Virus record (IMG/VR): IMGVR_UViG_3300032282_004151
Coordinates: 1 to 64,000 of that record
Length of the DNA stretch: 64,000 nt
Origin: a virus
Direction: 5' to 3' (one strand)
Shown here in pieces: positions 1-9,770 of the stretch. The first letter of the stretch is position 1. Each line of letters opens with the position of its first letter. The notes beneath the pieces are model-generated. The model saw only the letters and a program-made list of their open reading frames with translations. It was not told the DNA's origin and ran no database searches. Made by a program: the position numbers and the translations under genes.

Positions 1-33
1 AAATGATGCATTGAATAAAAGCAAAAAACAACT

Positions 34-207
34 ATGAATAACATAGAATATTTGACCAATGGAGACTTTGAGAACGCCGTTGAACGAGGATACAAAGGTG
101 TTGGATATTATTTTTGGGATGAAGCGGATGGACAATATTGTTATGGACCATATGCAACAAAAGAGCTTGCTATTATGAAGCTGAATGAGTATGGTGAAAC
201 TTTATGA
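34..207 (+). CDS. small hypothetical protein
   Basis: 57-aa ORF read manually; ATGA overlap with next ORF. Confidence 0.5.
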   Translation: MNNIEYLTNGDFENAVERGYKGVGYYFWDEADGQYCYGPYATKELAIMKLNEYGETL

Positions 208-383
208 ATAACGACCCTCAATTTCCTATTACATTCGTTGATTATAACATCATCGTTCCTTCCGAGGGAGTTATTATATTTGATGCTGAACTTAATCCAA
301 ACAATATGCACGTAAAGAACGGAGATATGTTTGAGGCAGTAGTAAAGGACAACAGATTGACGTTTATGCGTGTATCAAAATGA
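204..383 (+). CDS. small hypothetical protein
   Basis: 59-aa ORF read manually; ATGA overlaps on both sides. Confidence 0.5.
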   Translation: MNNDPQFPITFVDYNIIVPSEGVIIFDAELNPNNMHVKNGDMFEAVVKDNRLTFMRVSK

Positions 384-616
384 GCAAGGAATTTATTCCA
401 GTTTATAAAATCCCATTTGGTAAGAGCGCAGTTGTGCGTGAGCTAAAGGGTGATATCTCATTCATAGCAAAGCTGCGTGAGCTTGGATTTGGAGAAAGTG
501 CAACTATCACCAAGTTCAGCGAAGATGCCAGCAGAACAATCATTGTATCTGTAAAAAACCAAAAAATTTACTTGTCAGCACCAGCCGCAGAGTGTATATT
601 TGTTGAACTGGTATGA
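380..616 (+). CDS. feoA: FeoA family SH3-like protein
   Basis: 78 aa; G-x-x-A-V-V...KLRELGF...IIVSVKNQKIYLS...AECIFVE matches the FeoA pattern. Confidence 0.8.
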   Translation: MSKEFIPVYKIPFGKSAVVRELKGDISFIAKLRELGFGESATITKFSEDASRTIIVSVKNQKIYLSAPAAECIFVELV

Positions 617-1293
617 CAAGAATAATTGCGATCAGTGATAGCCACGGATCTCATTGGGACATTAAAGTTCCAGATGGAGACATTATTGTTCATTGCGGCG
701 ACTTTTGTTCTCACGGAACAATGCGCGATGCTCTGGATTTTTTGCGTTGGTTCAATACTCATCCACATTCTACTAAAATTTTCATAGCGGGAAATCATGA
801 TTGGATTTGCGAAAAAGATCCGTCGTTGTTTCGAGGATTATTGAAAGAATTTCCAGATTTGATTTATTTGGAAGAAACTTCGCACACAGTACATGGATTA
901 AAATTTTTCGGATCTCCATATCAGCCGTTTTTCTATAATTGGGCTTTCAATCGTCATAGAGGCGAAGATATCAAGAAACATTGGGATAAAATTCCCAATG
1001 ATACTGATGTGCTTATTACACACGGTCCTCCGTATGGTATTTGCGACGAAGTATATCGTGTTGGATTTGACATCACAGAGCATGTTGGATGCAAAGATTT
1101 GCTTGATGCCACGCTGCGTATTGCCCCGAAGCTTTGTATTTTTGGACATATCCATCTATCCAGTCAAACTCAATATATCGCACCCAAGACAACATACGCC
1201 AATGTATCTATGCTCAACGAGGCATATCTTGTTTGGGGAAAACCTACAATATTTGATATTGACAATAATGGAATTGTCAGTATATTGCAATGA
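613..1293 (+). CDS. calcineurin-like metallophosphoesterase
   Basis: SDSHG, HCGDF, AGNHD, THGPP, FGHIH motifs. Confidence 0.9.
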   Translation: MTRIIAISDSHGSHWDIKVPDGDIIVHCGDFCSHGTMRDALDFLRWFNTHPHSTKIFIAGNHDWICEKDPSLFRGLLKEFPDLIYLEETSHTVHGLKFFGSPYQPFFYNWAFNRHRGEDIKKHWDKIPNDTDVLITHGPPYGICDEVYRVGFDITEHVGCKDLLDATLRIAPKLCIFGHIHLSSQTQYIAPKTTYANVSMLNEAYLVWGKPTIFDIDNNGIVSILQ

Positions 1294-1296
1294 TTT

Positions 1297-1518
1297 ATGA
1301 AAACACTATTGTTACTAGCATTATTTGGAATTTGGACACTTGTAGGTACTTCATTTTATATTCTGTTGTCCGACAAGGTAAAGCGAAAGCCGCAAAAGCT
1401 AACTTTGCTTTTCGTCGGTGGACCGCTTGTATGGATATGTGTCACTATCTTTGGTACACTTGACTATATCTCTGACAAATACTGCGCACCAATCTATAAT
1501 TGGCTCACAAAGGAATAA
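1297..1518 (+). CDS. small membrane protein
   Basis: two hydrophobic segments; packed in operon. Confidence 0.6.
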   Translation: MKTLLLLALFGIWTLVGTSFYILLSDKVKRKPQKLTLLFVGGPLVWICVTIFGTLDYISDKYCAPIYNWLTKE

Positions 1519-1522
1519 TTTT

Positions 1523-1840
1523 ATGAAGAAATCAACATTATCAATGTTTAGTCTAATCTGCGGAATTACTGCCACGACTCTTGGCGTTATTCTCTTTCCG
1601 TTTACTTTGGTCTTTGCTAAGACACCGAGCGGCGTCACTTTTGTTGGAATGATTGTATTATTTACAATCTTTGCTGGAATAACTGGTACAATCTGTGCCA
1701 TTGTGAAACGACTTTCAACCCCCGATGATACAGAAGAAAATAAGAATGACCGTGCGCTTGCCCACAAAGGATTTTGGTTTTCCATCATTCCCACAATTGC
1801 TTGGATCTTCATTATGATCATTGGTTCAACTATCAAATAA
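1523..1840 (+). CDS. membrane protein (3 TM)
   Basis: three hydrophobic segments; start taken at MKKSTL after upstream stop. Confidence 0.6.
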   Translation: MKKSTLSMFSLICGITATTLGVILFPFTLVFAKTPSGVTFVGMIVLFTIFAGITGTICAIVKRLSTPDDTEENKNDRALAHKGFWFSIIPTIAWIFIMIIGSTIK

Positions 1841-1841
1841 T

Positions 1842-2387
1842 ATGAGTACACTAAGAGAACTTACAGCGGAAAGCCACGCCAAGGCTGAAAACACAATCTT
1901 TATGCGTTTGCTTATGGCAAAGGCGCTGAAAGAAGAAGAGTATATGGAATATCTTACTCAACTTTCTATCATCTATACTGCGTTGGAAGGTGCAGCCGAA
2001 CGAGTTGGCATTCTAAAGGAACTACAGGGCATCGAGCGATTGGAGAAGGTGAGAGCAGATATGCTTGAACTAAATCAAAAACTGGGTAAGCAGTCTGCAA
2101 TCAGTTGGCAAACTATGGCGTATCATAACGATATAGTTGCTATGAAAGACCGAAATCAGATCCTTGCTCATTTTTATGTTCGTTATGCTGGTGATATGTA
2201 TGGCGGTCAGATGCTAAAGCCTCTTGTTCACGGTAGTGGAAAAATGTATGAGTTTGGAGAAACGCTTCCTATGCTTCGTCAAAAGATGCGAGAACTCGCC
2301 ACGGCAGATCTTGCTGATGATGCCAACCTCGCATTTGAGAGAACAATCGGCATTCTTGACTGTATAACAGGAACCAACGAATTCTGA
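1842..2387 (+). CDS. biliverdin-producing heme oxygenase (HemO/Ho1-like)
   Basis: LRELTAESHAKAE (heme-ligand His); AHFYVRYAGDMYGGQML distal helix; adjacent to bilin reductase. Confidence 0.92.
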   Translation: MSTLRELTAESHAKAENTIFMRLLMAKALKEEEYMEYLTQLSIIYTALEGAAERVGILKELQGIERLEKVRADMLELNQKLGKQSAISWQTMAYHNDIVAMKDRNQILAHFYVRYAGDMYGGQMLKPLVHGSGKMYEFGETLPMLRQKMRELATADLADDANLAFERTIGILDCITGTNEF

Positions 2388-2388
2388 C

Positions 2389-3063
2389 ATGAGTGTCATC
2401 TTTGACAAGATGAAAGCATTGTCTAGCGAACTTTATATTGAGATCGCTAGACATAACCGTGAGATTGAAACTAAAGAACTGGATAAATATCCTTGGACAA
2501 ATAGGATATTTAGAGGCGATAGATTTCGTCGCGGTCATCTTGAAGTATTGGATGTTATTGAACAGAAGAAGATGTGGATAATGCATATCTGTATCTTCCC
2601 TCATCTTGACGATAGTTCTCCTATCTTTGGCTTTGATGTAATATGCGGAGCCAACAAGATCACAGGTGTATTTCTTGATTTCAGTATGGCTGATGAAAAT
2701 CATCCTATGAACAAATGGTTCAGAAACAGAACTGCTGATCTTGTATGGAAGAAAGATCGTGAATTGCCAGATTGGGGCAAGCGTATCTTTAGTCCGAATA
2801 TGATTGCGGCGGGAATGGTCAATACTGACAATGAACTTGAACAGGTTATTGATGCAGCAAAAGACTGCATGATTTATTATCTGAACAATGTTGGTTGGAC
2901 GGTCGGTAATATGAACTATGCATCCAATCACAATACATATTGCATCAATCAAAAGCAGAATGTACATACATCACGTTTTCTGGTAAATTGTGGATATAAA
3001 GAAGAAGATATTAAAAACTTTATTGACAATCATCTGTTTCCTGAAGTAAGATTACAAACATAA
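2389..3063 (+). CDS. pcyX: ferredoxin-dependent bilin reductase, PcyX/PcyA-like
   Basis: FRRGHLEV, MHICIFP, PIFGFDV, DFS, RELPDWGKRIFS, YCINQKQNVHT motifs; HO-FDBR pairing. Confidence 0.8.
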   Translation: MSVIFDKMKALSSELYIEIARHNREIETKELDKYPWTNRIFRGDRFRRGHLEVLDVIEQKKMWIMHICIFPHLDDSSPIFGFDVICGANKITGVFLDFSMADENHPMNKWFRNRTADLVWKKDRELPDWGKRIFSPNMIAAGMVNTDNELEQVIDAAKDCMIYYLNNVGWTVGNMNYASNHNTYCINQKQNVHTSRFLVNCGYKEEDIKNFIDNHLFPEVRLQT

Positions 3064-3066
3064 ATT

Positions 3067-3660
3067 ATGAGTCCCGATCTTGATAAACAACTTTGCGAAA
3101 AATATCCCAAGATATTTGCCGATAGATATAAATCTCCGCAAGAGTCCTGCATTGCTTTTGGTATAGAATGCGGCGATGGATGGTATGATGTCATTGACTC
3201 TCTTTGTTGTGCCCTATCTCGTATATGGACAACATCCATTGAAATAGACAAAGAAGATGCGACCAAACTCGCTATAAAGAAAAGTTCCGTAGGTTCATAT
3301 TTTCTCGAAATTCCTGTTCCACAAGTGATCGCAACTCAAGTAAAAGAGAAGTTTGGTGCTTTGAGATTTTATTATAATCTTGAGGTTGACCCAAACATCA
3401 AAGACTTGGTCAAAAGCAACAAATACCCAGCATTGAATACAATAATGGATAGGTACTATTCATATTTCGATGGTATAATTCATATGGCAGAGTCAATATC
3501 TGCAAGAACTTGCGAACTAAGTGGACGAAAGGGAGAGCTGCACGTATCTGGTGGAAATAGAGATGGATGGTATAAGACACTCAATGTAGAACTTGCAAAA
3601 ACTCGCCAAGATTTGGTTGACAGAGAGTATATTCCTGTTAGTATGTTGCCTGAAGAATAA
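3067..3660 (+). CDS. conserved phage hypothetical protein
   Basis: ECGDGW...QVKEKFGALRFY...SARTCELSG pattern typical of large phages. Confidence 0.7.
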   Translation: MSPDLDKQLCEKYPKIFADRYKSPQESCIAFGIECGDGWYDVIDSLCCALSRIWTTSIEIDKEDATKLAIKKSSVGSYFLEIPVPQVIATQVKEKFGALRFYYNLEVDPNIKDLVKSNKYPALNTIMDRYYSYFDGIIHMAESISARTCELSGRKGELHVSGGNRDGWYKTLNVELAKTRQDLVDREYIPVSMLPEE

Positions 3661-3664
3661 AACT

Positions 3665-3802
3665 ATGAACCAGAACGGAAAAGGAAGCAAGCCACGCCCT
3701 TTGAGTGTGTCATACAAGACATATTCAGAGAACTATGATAATATCTTCGGAAAGAAGAAGCCAGAAGAACCTAAGCCTAAGAAAAATGAAAAACAAAGTT
3801 AA
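3665..3802 (+). CDS. small conserved phage protein
   Basis: GKGSKPRP...YSENYDNIF pattern. Confidence 0.6.
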   Translation: MNQNGKGSKPRPLSVSYKTYSENYDNIFGKKKPEEPKPKKNEKQS

Positions 3803-4148
3803 TTATTTGTGGGCGCTTACATTTGCATTGGTAATTACAGCTGTTGCGATTGAATTTGCTCACGCCAATGCATCCGACGTAGATAATTCGGAGTTATATA
3901 CAGCATCCAGCAAGAATACAATGCGTCAAATTGATGCAGAGAGTGTATTGGCGGTAATCCACGCCGAAACATTTGATAGTGCGTTCTCTCACTATTCTAC
4001 ATATAGAGATATTCAGGATATGAAGTTCCACGAGCTTCGCAAGGCGTATATAAATGCAAGGAAGGAATTGTTTGACTATGTGTCAGAAGCCGCTCATAAT
4101 ACATCGGAAAAACCTTATTACATGGCAACATATGAAAATGCACGTTGA
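3786..4148 (+). CDS. hypothetical protein with signal peptide/TM
   Basis: N-terminal hydrophobic stretch; operon packing. Confidence 0.55.
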   Translation: MKNKVNYLWALTFALVITAVAIEFAHANASDVDNSELYTASSKNTMRQIDAESVLAVIHAETFDSAFSHYSTYRDIQDMKFHELRKAYINARKELFDYVSEAAHNTSEKPYYMATYENAR

Positions 4149-4353
4149 AATTGACGATGAATACTTGGATCTTGCCTTCAGAGAAAATCTAAAGTGGCAT
4201 TTGGACAATAGCAGTAAAAGATTAAAAGAGCTAAATAAAATTAAAAATCCAATGAAACATGAACGTGATGAGCTTGAATATCAAAAGAAGCTTTTACCCG
4301 CGTTAAAAATCGTTGGAGAATATTACGGAGTGGATATCAAAATTAAAATTTAG
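4138..4353 (+). CDS. hypothetical protein
   Basis: ORF MHVEIDDEY...; overlaps upstream stop. Confidence 0.55.
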   Translation: MHVEIDDEYLDLAFRENLKWHLDNSSKRLKELNKIKNPMKHERDELEYQKKLLPALKIVGEYYGVDIKIKI

Positions 4354-4362
4354 GTACCCCCT

Positions 4363-4767
4363 ATGGACTCACCACTGCTACCAATCAACGAGAAGGTAAA
4401 CTCCGCTGTAAAAGAATATACAGATGCTATCATCAGCTATATCACCACCATAGATCCAGACATTGACTATGATGTGGATTATGACGAGGCAACTGATGAA
4501 ACTGACACACAAAAGGCTGCTATTGTTGATATACAATCAGAGCACGGCTTTGTAACAATATTTCCAGACTTTGCTAAACAACGCGCGATGGCCGCTTTGC
4601 TTAATCGCGGAATGATTGGAGCTATGGAGCTTGAGGGGTTTGATGATGACACAATCAACAATGCTCCTGTTTATGGTGCTTTGATGCCTTTTAATGTTGA
4701 AAATGCAGAAATGTTTGCCATAATGCTTACTCACGATCTTGGACTACAGCATCAGAAAAATTTATAA
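4363..4767 (+). CDS. acidic hypothetical protein
   Basis: 134-aa ORF abutting thyX. Confidence 0.6.
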   Translation: MDSPLLPINEKVNSAVKEYTDAIISYITTIDPDIDYDVDYDEATDETDTQKAAIVDIQSEHGFVTIFPDFAKQRAMAALLNRGMIGAMELEGFDDDTINNAPVYGALMPFNVENAEMFAIMLTHDLGLQHQKNL

Positions 4768-5393
4768 TGAATAACAACACAGTAGAACTTATTGGACATT
4801 ACGGAAATGATGAAATTCATGCTTGCTCTGCCTGGACATCAACGAGCAGAGAAATCACAGAAGAAAAGCGAAACCGCATTCCAGCGTTGCTGAAAATGCT
4901 CGCTGACCACGGGCATCATACTCCTTTTGAAAAGAGCAGCCTTCATTTTCTTGTTGATACGGATATCGCCAGTCATATTCATATCCTAAAGCATAGAATT
5001 GGAGTAAGTGTCAATGGAGAAAGCGCACGCTACAAGGAAATCAAGCAGGATAAGTTTCTTATTCCAAATGATTGGCCCGACGAGTGGAAGGAATTACTAG
5101 AAGCATATACTGAAAAAGGAAATGAATTGTATCACAAGTGCGTTGCTGATCTATTGAACAGAGGTTATGATAAGAAGCGCATCAAGGAAAGCGCACGCTT
5201 CTTCAAGACATACAACAGCCAAATCTGTGCAGATGTTATGTTTAACTGGCGTTCCTTCTATCATTTCCTACAACTACGCAACAAGCCAGATGCCCAAAAG
5301 GAAATCCGAGAAGTTGCTGCCGAAATGCTAAATCTTGTAAAGAACATTGAGGGCAACCCATTCCAGCATACCATTGCTGCATTCAAGTTGTAA
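4767..5393 (+). CDS. thyX: FAD-dependent thymidylate synthase
   Basis: HHTPFE, KHR-x7-S-ARY motif variant, NWRSFYHFLQLR...AQKEIR. Confidence 0.93.
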   Translation: MNNNTVELIGHYGNDEIHACSAWTSTSREITEEKRNRIPALLKMLADHGHHTPFEKSSLHFLVDTDIASHIHILKHRIGVSVNGESARYKEIKQDKFLIPNDWPDEWKELLEAYTEKGNELYHKCVADLLNRGYDKKRIKESARFFKTYNSQICADVMFNWRSFYHFLQLRNKPDAQKEIREVAAEMLNLVKNIEGNPFQHTIAAFKL

Positions 5394-5398
5394 TTCAA

Positions 5399-5950
5399 AT
5401 GGACTTCGCATTAAAATCACTCGACTGTAATACTACCAAAGGTAGGATTTACATAGGAACGCAATTATCATGCCATGAAAAATTGGAAGAGGCGCTGAAG
5501 TGCGAAGTCATTGCAACCGATACTACAAGCTCGTCCGACATAGATGCACTTATAGTGAAAGATAAAAAGTTGATTTCTTTAGCTGAGATAAAGTCTAGAG
5601 AAATGAGTTTGATCAATTTTGAAAATAAATCAAACCGCAGATTGGTATACAAGGGAAAAGAGTATGACTCATATCTCATAACATACGAAAAATTGGAGAA
5701 GTTGAGAACTTTATGCAAAATGTTGTGCGTATCTGGTTTTCTGTTTGTATCTCTGCTTGAGAGTGATCAGGTTGTCTTTTGGAAAATATGCGATGGCGAT
5801 GGCAATTATACATCCGATATAAAAAGAGAACACACCAGAACCCAAGCAACTTGCAATGGTGGATCAATCATCAGAGAAAATGCATATATTTCATTAAAAG
5901 ATATGAAATTGCTTGCAAAGCCAAAGAATTCTGGTATAACCTTTGAATAA
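5399..5950 (+). CDS. PD-(D/E)XK nuclease-like protein
   Basis: DIDAL...AEIKSR catalytic-type motif. Confidence 0.55.
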   Translation: MDFALKSLDCNTTKGRIYIGTQLSCHEKLEEALKCEVIATDTTSSSDIDALIVKDKKLISLAEIKSREMSLINFENKSNRRLVYKGKEYDSYLITYEKLEKLRTLCKMLCVSGFLFVSLLESDQVVFWKICDGDGNYTSDIKREHTRTQATCNGGSIIRENAYISLKDMKLLAKPKNSGITFE

Positions 5951-5960
5951 AATAAAACTT

Positions 5961-6521
5961 ATGGGAATGTTCGATTATATTTCTGTAGCAGACAAGCTAC
6001 CAACCAACGCCGAGATTGATGCTGCTGGCATTGATCTTTATAAAGATCCATTTCAGACGAAAGATTTGGATAACATCATGGCCACCTATTATATTCAAGG
6101 TGGAAGATTATTTGTTGATCAATATAAAGTTACAGAATGGGTTGAAGACTCTGAAGCATTTGCTGGTGGATATATTGACCACAAAGAGCCATTTAAAGAA
6201 GAAGTGCATGATTACCACGGCAAAATCAACTTTTATCATATCATGGATAAAGATGGATATGATCATTGGGTAGAATATCAGGCGACTTTCACTCGTGGAA
6301 AACTTGAAAACATCAAGTTGTTAGAGTACAAAAAGACAGACAATAGACAAAGCAAAGAAGATATGAAACGTTTGTTCGAGAAACTATCCAAAGTTCACAA
6401 TAGATGGTATAACAAATATATCTTTAACACAAAATGTTGGGGCAAGATCAGAAAATTTATTACGAAAATTTTATTTGCCATTGAGCGTGCTATCGGCTAC
6501 ATCAGAATTAGACTTCCTTAA
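5961..6521 (+). CDS. conserved phage hypothetical protein
   Basis: MGMFDYI...FQTKDLD...EYQATFTRGKL pattern. Confidence 0.7.
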   Translation: MGMFDYISVADKLPTNAEIDAAGIDLYKDPFQTKDLDNIMATYYIQGGRLFVDQYKVTEWVEDSEAFAGGYIDHKEPFKEEVHDYHGKINFYHIMDKDGYDHWVEYQATFTRGKLENIKLLEYKKTDNRQSKEDMKRLFEKLSKVHNRWYNKYIFNTKCWGKIRKFITKILFAIERAIGYIRIRLP

Positions 6522-6533
6522 AACTTATACATT

Positions 6534-6656
6534 ATGAGTATAATATATTGGTTAGTCGGAGCAGCAGTCGCGGTTGGGTTGGTGATACTTGTTATTTCGA
6601 TTATCAATGCGCCGAAAGGTTATGAAGACGACGATGGTTTTCATTACGACGAATAA
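6534..6656 (+). CDS. small membrane peptide
   Basis: 40 aa; TM helix then APKGYEDDDGFHY. Confidence 0.5.
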   Translation: MSIIYWLVGAAVAVGLVILVISIINAPKGYEDDDGFHYDE

Positions 6657-6674
6657 AATTTAGGTACCCCATGT

Positions 6675-6715
6675 AAAAGAAAACCGCCCCAAGTTCCGTT
6701 GGGGCGGTTTTGTTT
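6675..6715. terminator. bidirectional intrinsic terminator
   Basis: AAACCGCCCCAA-gttccg-TTGGGGCGGTTT flanked by A- and T-runs. Confidence 0.8.
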
Positions 6716-6758
6716 AGCCGCACGTGACCAGTGCGATCACCCCGTGAAGGGTAAAGTG
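6675..6758 (-). ncRNA. candidate late small RNA (~80 nt)
   Basis: TATTTATA motif on - strand (6763-6770), two short hairpins, then terminator; no ORF. Confidence 0.35.
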
Positions 6759-6828
6759 TAGATATAAATATAAACAACATAGTGTTTAAGTGTTTGACAA
6801 TAGAGAAATATATGCTATTGTATTGAAA

Positions 6829-7878
6829 ATGAGCGACAAATTAACCATAACAGTAGAAGTTGATCAGACTTTGCTGAATGCTCTTGAGCCATTCGACTAT
6901 AAGTTTGATGGCACAAGTACATTTGATCTTCCAAACTTTGATGCGCCCAAGCGAGATGGATCTTGGGCAATTGGATTGATTGTTGGTCCTTCTGGAACGG
7001 GCAAGAGCCAACTGCTCAAGAAGCATTATGGCATCACGCCAGACCCGACTTGGGATGGCAAGAAGGGAATCGCCAGCCAAGTGCCGTATCAAAAGTTAGG
7101 TGCCGTGGGTCTTAATAGTGTACCGTCTTGGTGCCGCCCATATCATGTATTGAGTAATGGAGAACAATTTCGAGCAAGAATGGCAGCAATGCTCGATACC
7201 AATACATCATTTGATGAGTTCACCTCTGTGGTTGATCGCACAATTGCCAAGAGTTGTTCTCATGCTCTACAGCGTCAAATCCGTAACGATAAACTGACTG
7301 GTGTTGTATTTGCAACCTGTCACTATGACATCACAGAATGGCTTCAGCCAGATTGGGTGTTTGATACTCTTACATCGTCTTTGACGGTGGGGAGGTCGCT
7401 TTGGCGACGCCCCGATGTTCATCTTTCCATCGAACGATGTGACAAAGGATGGTGGTCAGTTTTTAAGAAGCATCATTATCTAAGTGATGACCTTAACAAG
7501 TCCTCTCGCTGTTATCTTGCAAAGTGGAATGGCAATCCAGTTGGCTTTGTGTCTGTGTTGCCTATGCCAAGTGGTACTCTGAAGAATGCTTGGCGTGAGC
7601 ATCGTGTAGTTGTATTCCCAGACTATCAAGGCGTAGGCATTGGAGTGCGTTTGAGTGACGCAATTGCTCAAATGTATGTTGATGAAGGCAAGCGTTACTA
7701 TAGCAAAACTGCACATCCACGCATGGGTGAATATAGAAACAGATCAAAACTGTGGAAGCCTACCGTTAAGAATATGAAAACTCGGCAGGACTATAAGGCA
7801 GGACATGATAGAAAATATAGTAGCATGGCACACGCTGACAGACTTTGCTACAGCCACGAATATATCAATAAATCTTGA
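6829..7878 (+). CDS. ABC-type ATPase fused to GNAT acetyltransferase
   Basis: Walker A GPSGTGKS, LSNGE signature, DEFTS; C-terminal VFPDYQGVGIG acetyl-CoA motif; TTGACA promoter at 6794. Confidence 0.85.
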   Translation: MSDKLTITVEVDQTLLNALEPFDYKFDGTSTFDLPNFDAPKRDGSWAIGLIVGPSGTGKSQLLKKHYGITPDPTWDGKKGIASQVPYQKLGAVGLNSVPSWCRPYHVLSNGEQFRARMAAMLDTNTSFDEFTSVVDRTIAKSCSHALQRQIRNDKLTGVVFATCHYDITEWLQPDWVFDTLTSSLTVGRSLWRRPDVHLSIERCDKGWWSVFKKHHYLSDDLNKSSRCYLAKWNGNPVGFVSVLPMPSGTLKNAWREHRVVVFPDYQGVGIGVRLSDAIAQMYVDEGKRYYSKTAHPRMGEYRNRSKLWKPTVKNMKTRQDYKAGHDRKYSSMAHADRLCYSHEYINKS

Positions 7879-7910
7879 CAGTTGCGCCAAACTATGGAAG
7901 CATATCATCT

Positions 7911-8117
7911 ATGAATAAAGATATTCCAACGTCTCCATTCTCATCGGAAGATGATGAGACAGAACCAAATCAACTTATTAGCACAGGAATGTCGCTAAAG
8001 GATTATTATGCAGGCCAAGCATTGAATGGTTTTCTATCAAACGGCGCATCTATTGATAATGCCGTGCATTGGAGCTGGCTTACCGCAGAAAAGATGATGA
8101 ACAAACGACAATATTAA
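7911..8117 (+). CDS. conserved small phage protein
   Basis: GMSLKDYYAGQALNG motif; TTGACA at 7876. Confidence 0.65.
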   Translation: MNKDIPTSPFSSEDDETEPNQLISTGMSLKDYYAGQALNGFLSNGASIDNAVHWSWLTAEKMMNKRQY

Positions 8118-8529
8118 ATATAATAACTTTATGAACAAGTATAAAATGATAGCTCATGTAACAATATTCAGCATAGCCCTTATGTCGGTCATATTTGGCA
8201 CCGTAACATCCAATACATGGCAGGTTATTGCAGGCTTTTGGATGATGATGTATGTGGTAGAAAAGACAGAGCGAACCCTCTGAATATGATAGCACTATGC
8301 ATCGAAGTTATAATCATGCTGACAGCATTTGCTACAGCATTTTTTTCATTTTTCAAGGACTATGATGTTTTATTTTATATATCATGCTTTGTTGTATTGT
8401 TCATCGCGTTCTATCGACATCATCAAACGATGAAAATCATAGAGCGCGAACAATATAAAAACAATATATACGACGACAACAAAAAGTAAGATTATATATA
8501 TTATAGAACAATATAAACATTAACATATT

Positions 8530-8937
8530 ATGAGTACAAAGAAAACAACAAGTAAGAAGGCAGTCAAGAAGAACACCGCCGCTAAAAAGAATACAAAAAA
8601 GGCTAAAGCAAAGAAAGTTGAAAATGTAGTAGTAGATCAACCTATTGCAGTAGAACCCGCCGCTACATCTACAGAGAATAGTAACAATACTACGTTAACA
8701 TATCCTCAGAACGATGCTACAGAAACAACCGTATCTTCATACACAACAAATGAAGATGTTAATGTATATAACAATGTTCAAGCAGATAACGTTAATACTA
8801 ACGTCAACAATGAAGTTGTACGTGAAAACGCATCATATGATGATGTAAACTTGAACAATCAAAAAGACAATACTCTTATGTATATAGGCATTGGAATTGG
8901 AATAGCCGCGTTTCTTTGGGTGCTATTCTTTCTATAA
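8530..8937 (+). CDS. protein with histone-like Lys/Ala N-terminus and C-terminal TM anchor
   Basis: KKAVKKNTAAKK repeats; hydrophobic C-terminus. Confidence 0.6.
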   Translation: MSTKKTTSKKAVKKNTAAKKNTKKAKAKKVENVVVDQPIAVEPAATSTENSNNTTLTYPQNDATETTVSSYTTNEDVNVYNNVQADNVNTNVNNEVVRENASYDDVNLNNQKDNTLMYIGIGIGIAAFLWVLFFL

Positions 8938-8971
8938 GAATATATATAGTATATATTAAAGGGTTATATAT

Positions 8972-9190
8972 ATGAAAGGTAAAGCTAAAAAAGCCGTTGT
9001 TGATAATGAAGCAACGGCTATTTTTTATGGTAAAGAAAAAGATGCAGATATAGAGCAGCCATCATCTATTGTATCAAGCAACGCATCAATTCTTAATAAA
9101 AATACAATATACATATATAAGGATGGATCATCTGCACGAGTATGTTATGACGGCAAAGATCCTAATTATGTGACAATAAGAATAAGCTGA
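8972..9190 (+). CDS. hypothetical protein
   Basis: 72-aa ORF. Confidence 0.45.
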   Translation: MKGKAKKAVVDNEATAIFYGKEKDADIEQPSSIVSSNASILNKNTIYIYKDGSSARVCYDGKDPNYVTIRIS

Positions 9191-9235
9191 TATATATGCC
9201 TATTATTAAATAAAAGTAATATAAAACTTAAACGT

Positions 9236-9424
9236 ATGAGAAACGACGAAATGATATATAGAGAAGTTAATGCTAATAACAACAATAACTTTGTTATGCT
9301 GTATCAAATGATGAATGAATATAACTCGTTAAATAATGAGCAAAAAAAGAAGTATATGAATTTACTGACAGGTTGGCTTATGAAAGAAAAAGATATACTA
9401 AATCTGAATATCAATAAACAATAA
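9236..9424 (+). CDS. hypothetical protein
   Basis: 62-aa ORF. Confidence 0.4.
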   Translation: MRNDEMIYREVNANNNNNFVMLYQMMNEYNSLNNEQKKKYMNLLTGWLMKEKDILNLNINKQ

Positions 9425-9770
9425 AGAAGGGTGGGTGTATACCCCCATATATATGTAAATCATATATATACAAAAATGTGGTATGATATGGGGCATAATG
9501 GAGTAAGATGGTAGAGAAGAGATAATAACATAGGATATAGTAGGATACTATAAAATATAAATCATATATAACATAATAAGTAAAGCTTAGATAGTATCTA
9601 GGTAGAATAGATAGATAAACCCACGCCGCCTCTGTCAATCAAAAAATTTCTTATCCAATTTTTATATATATTGACAACGAATTTTAGGTACCCCCATAGT
9701 ATATTTGTCAAGCAAAAAATAGTATCACAAAGTTCTTGACCATCTGATATATCTATGTACTATGTACGTC

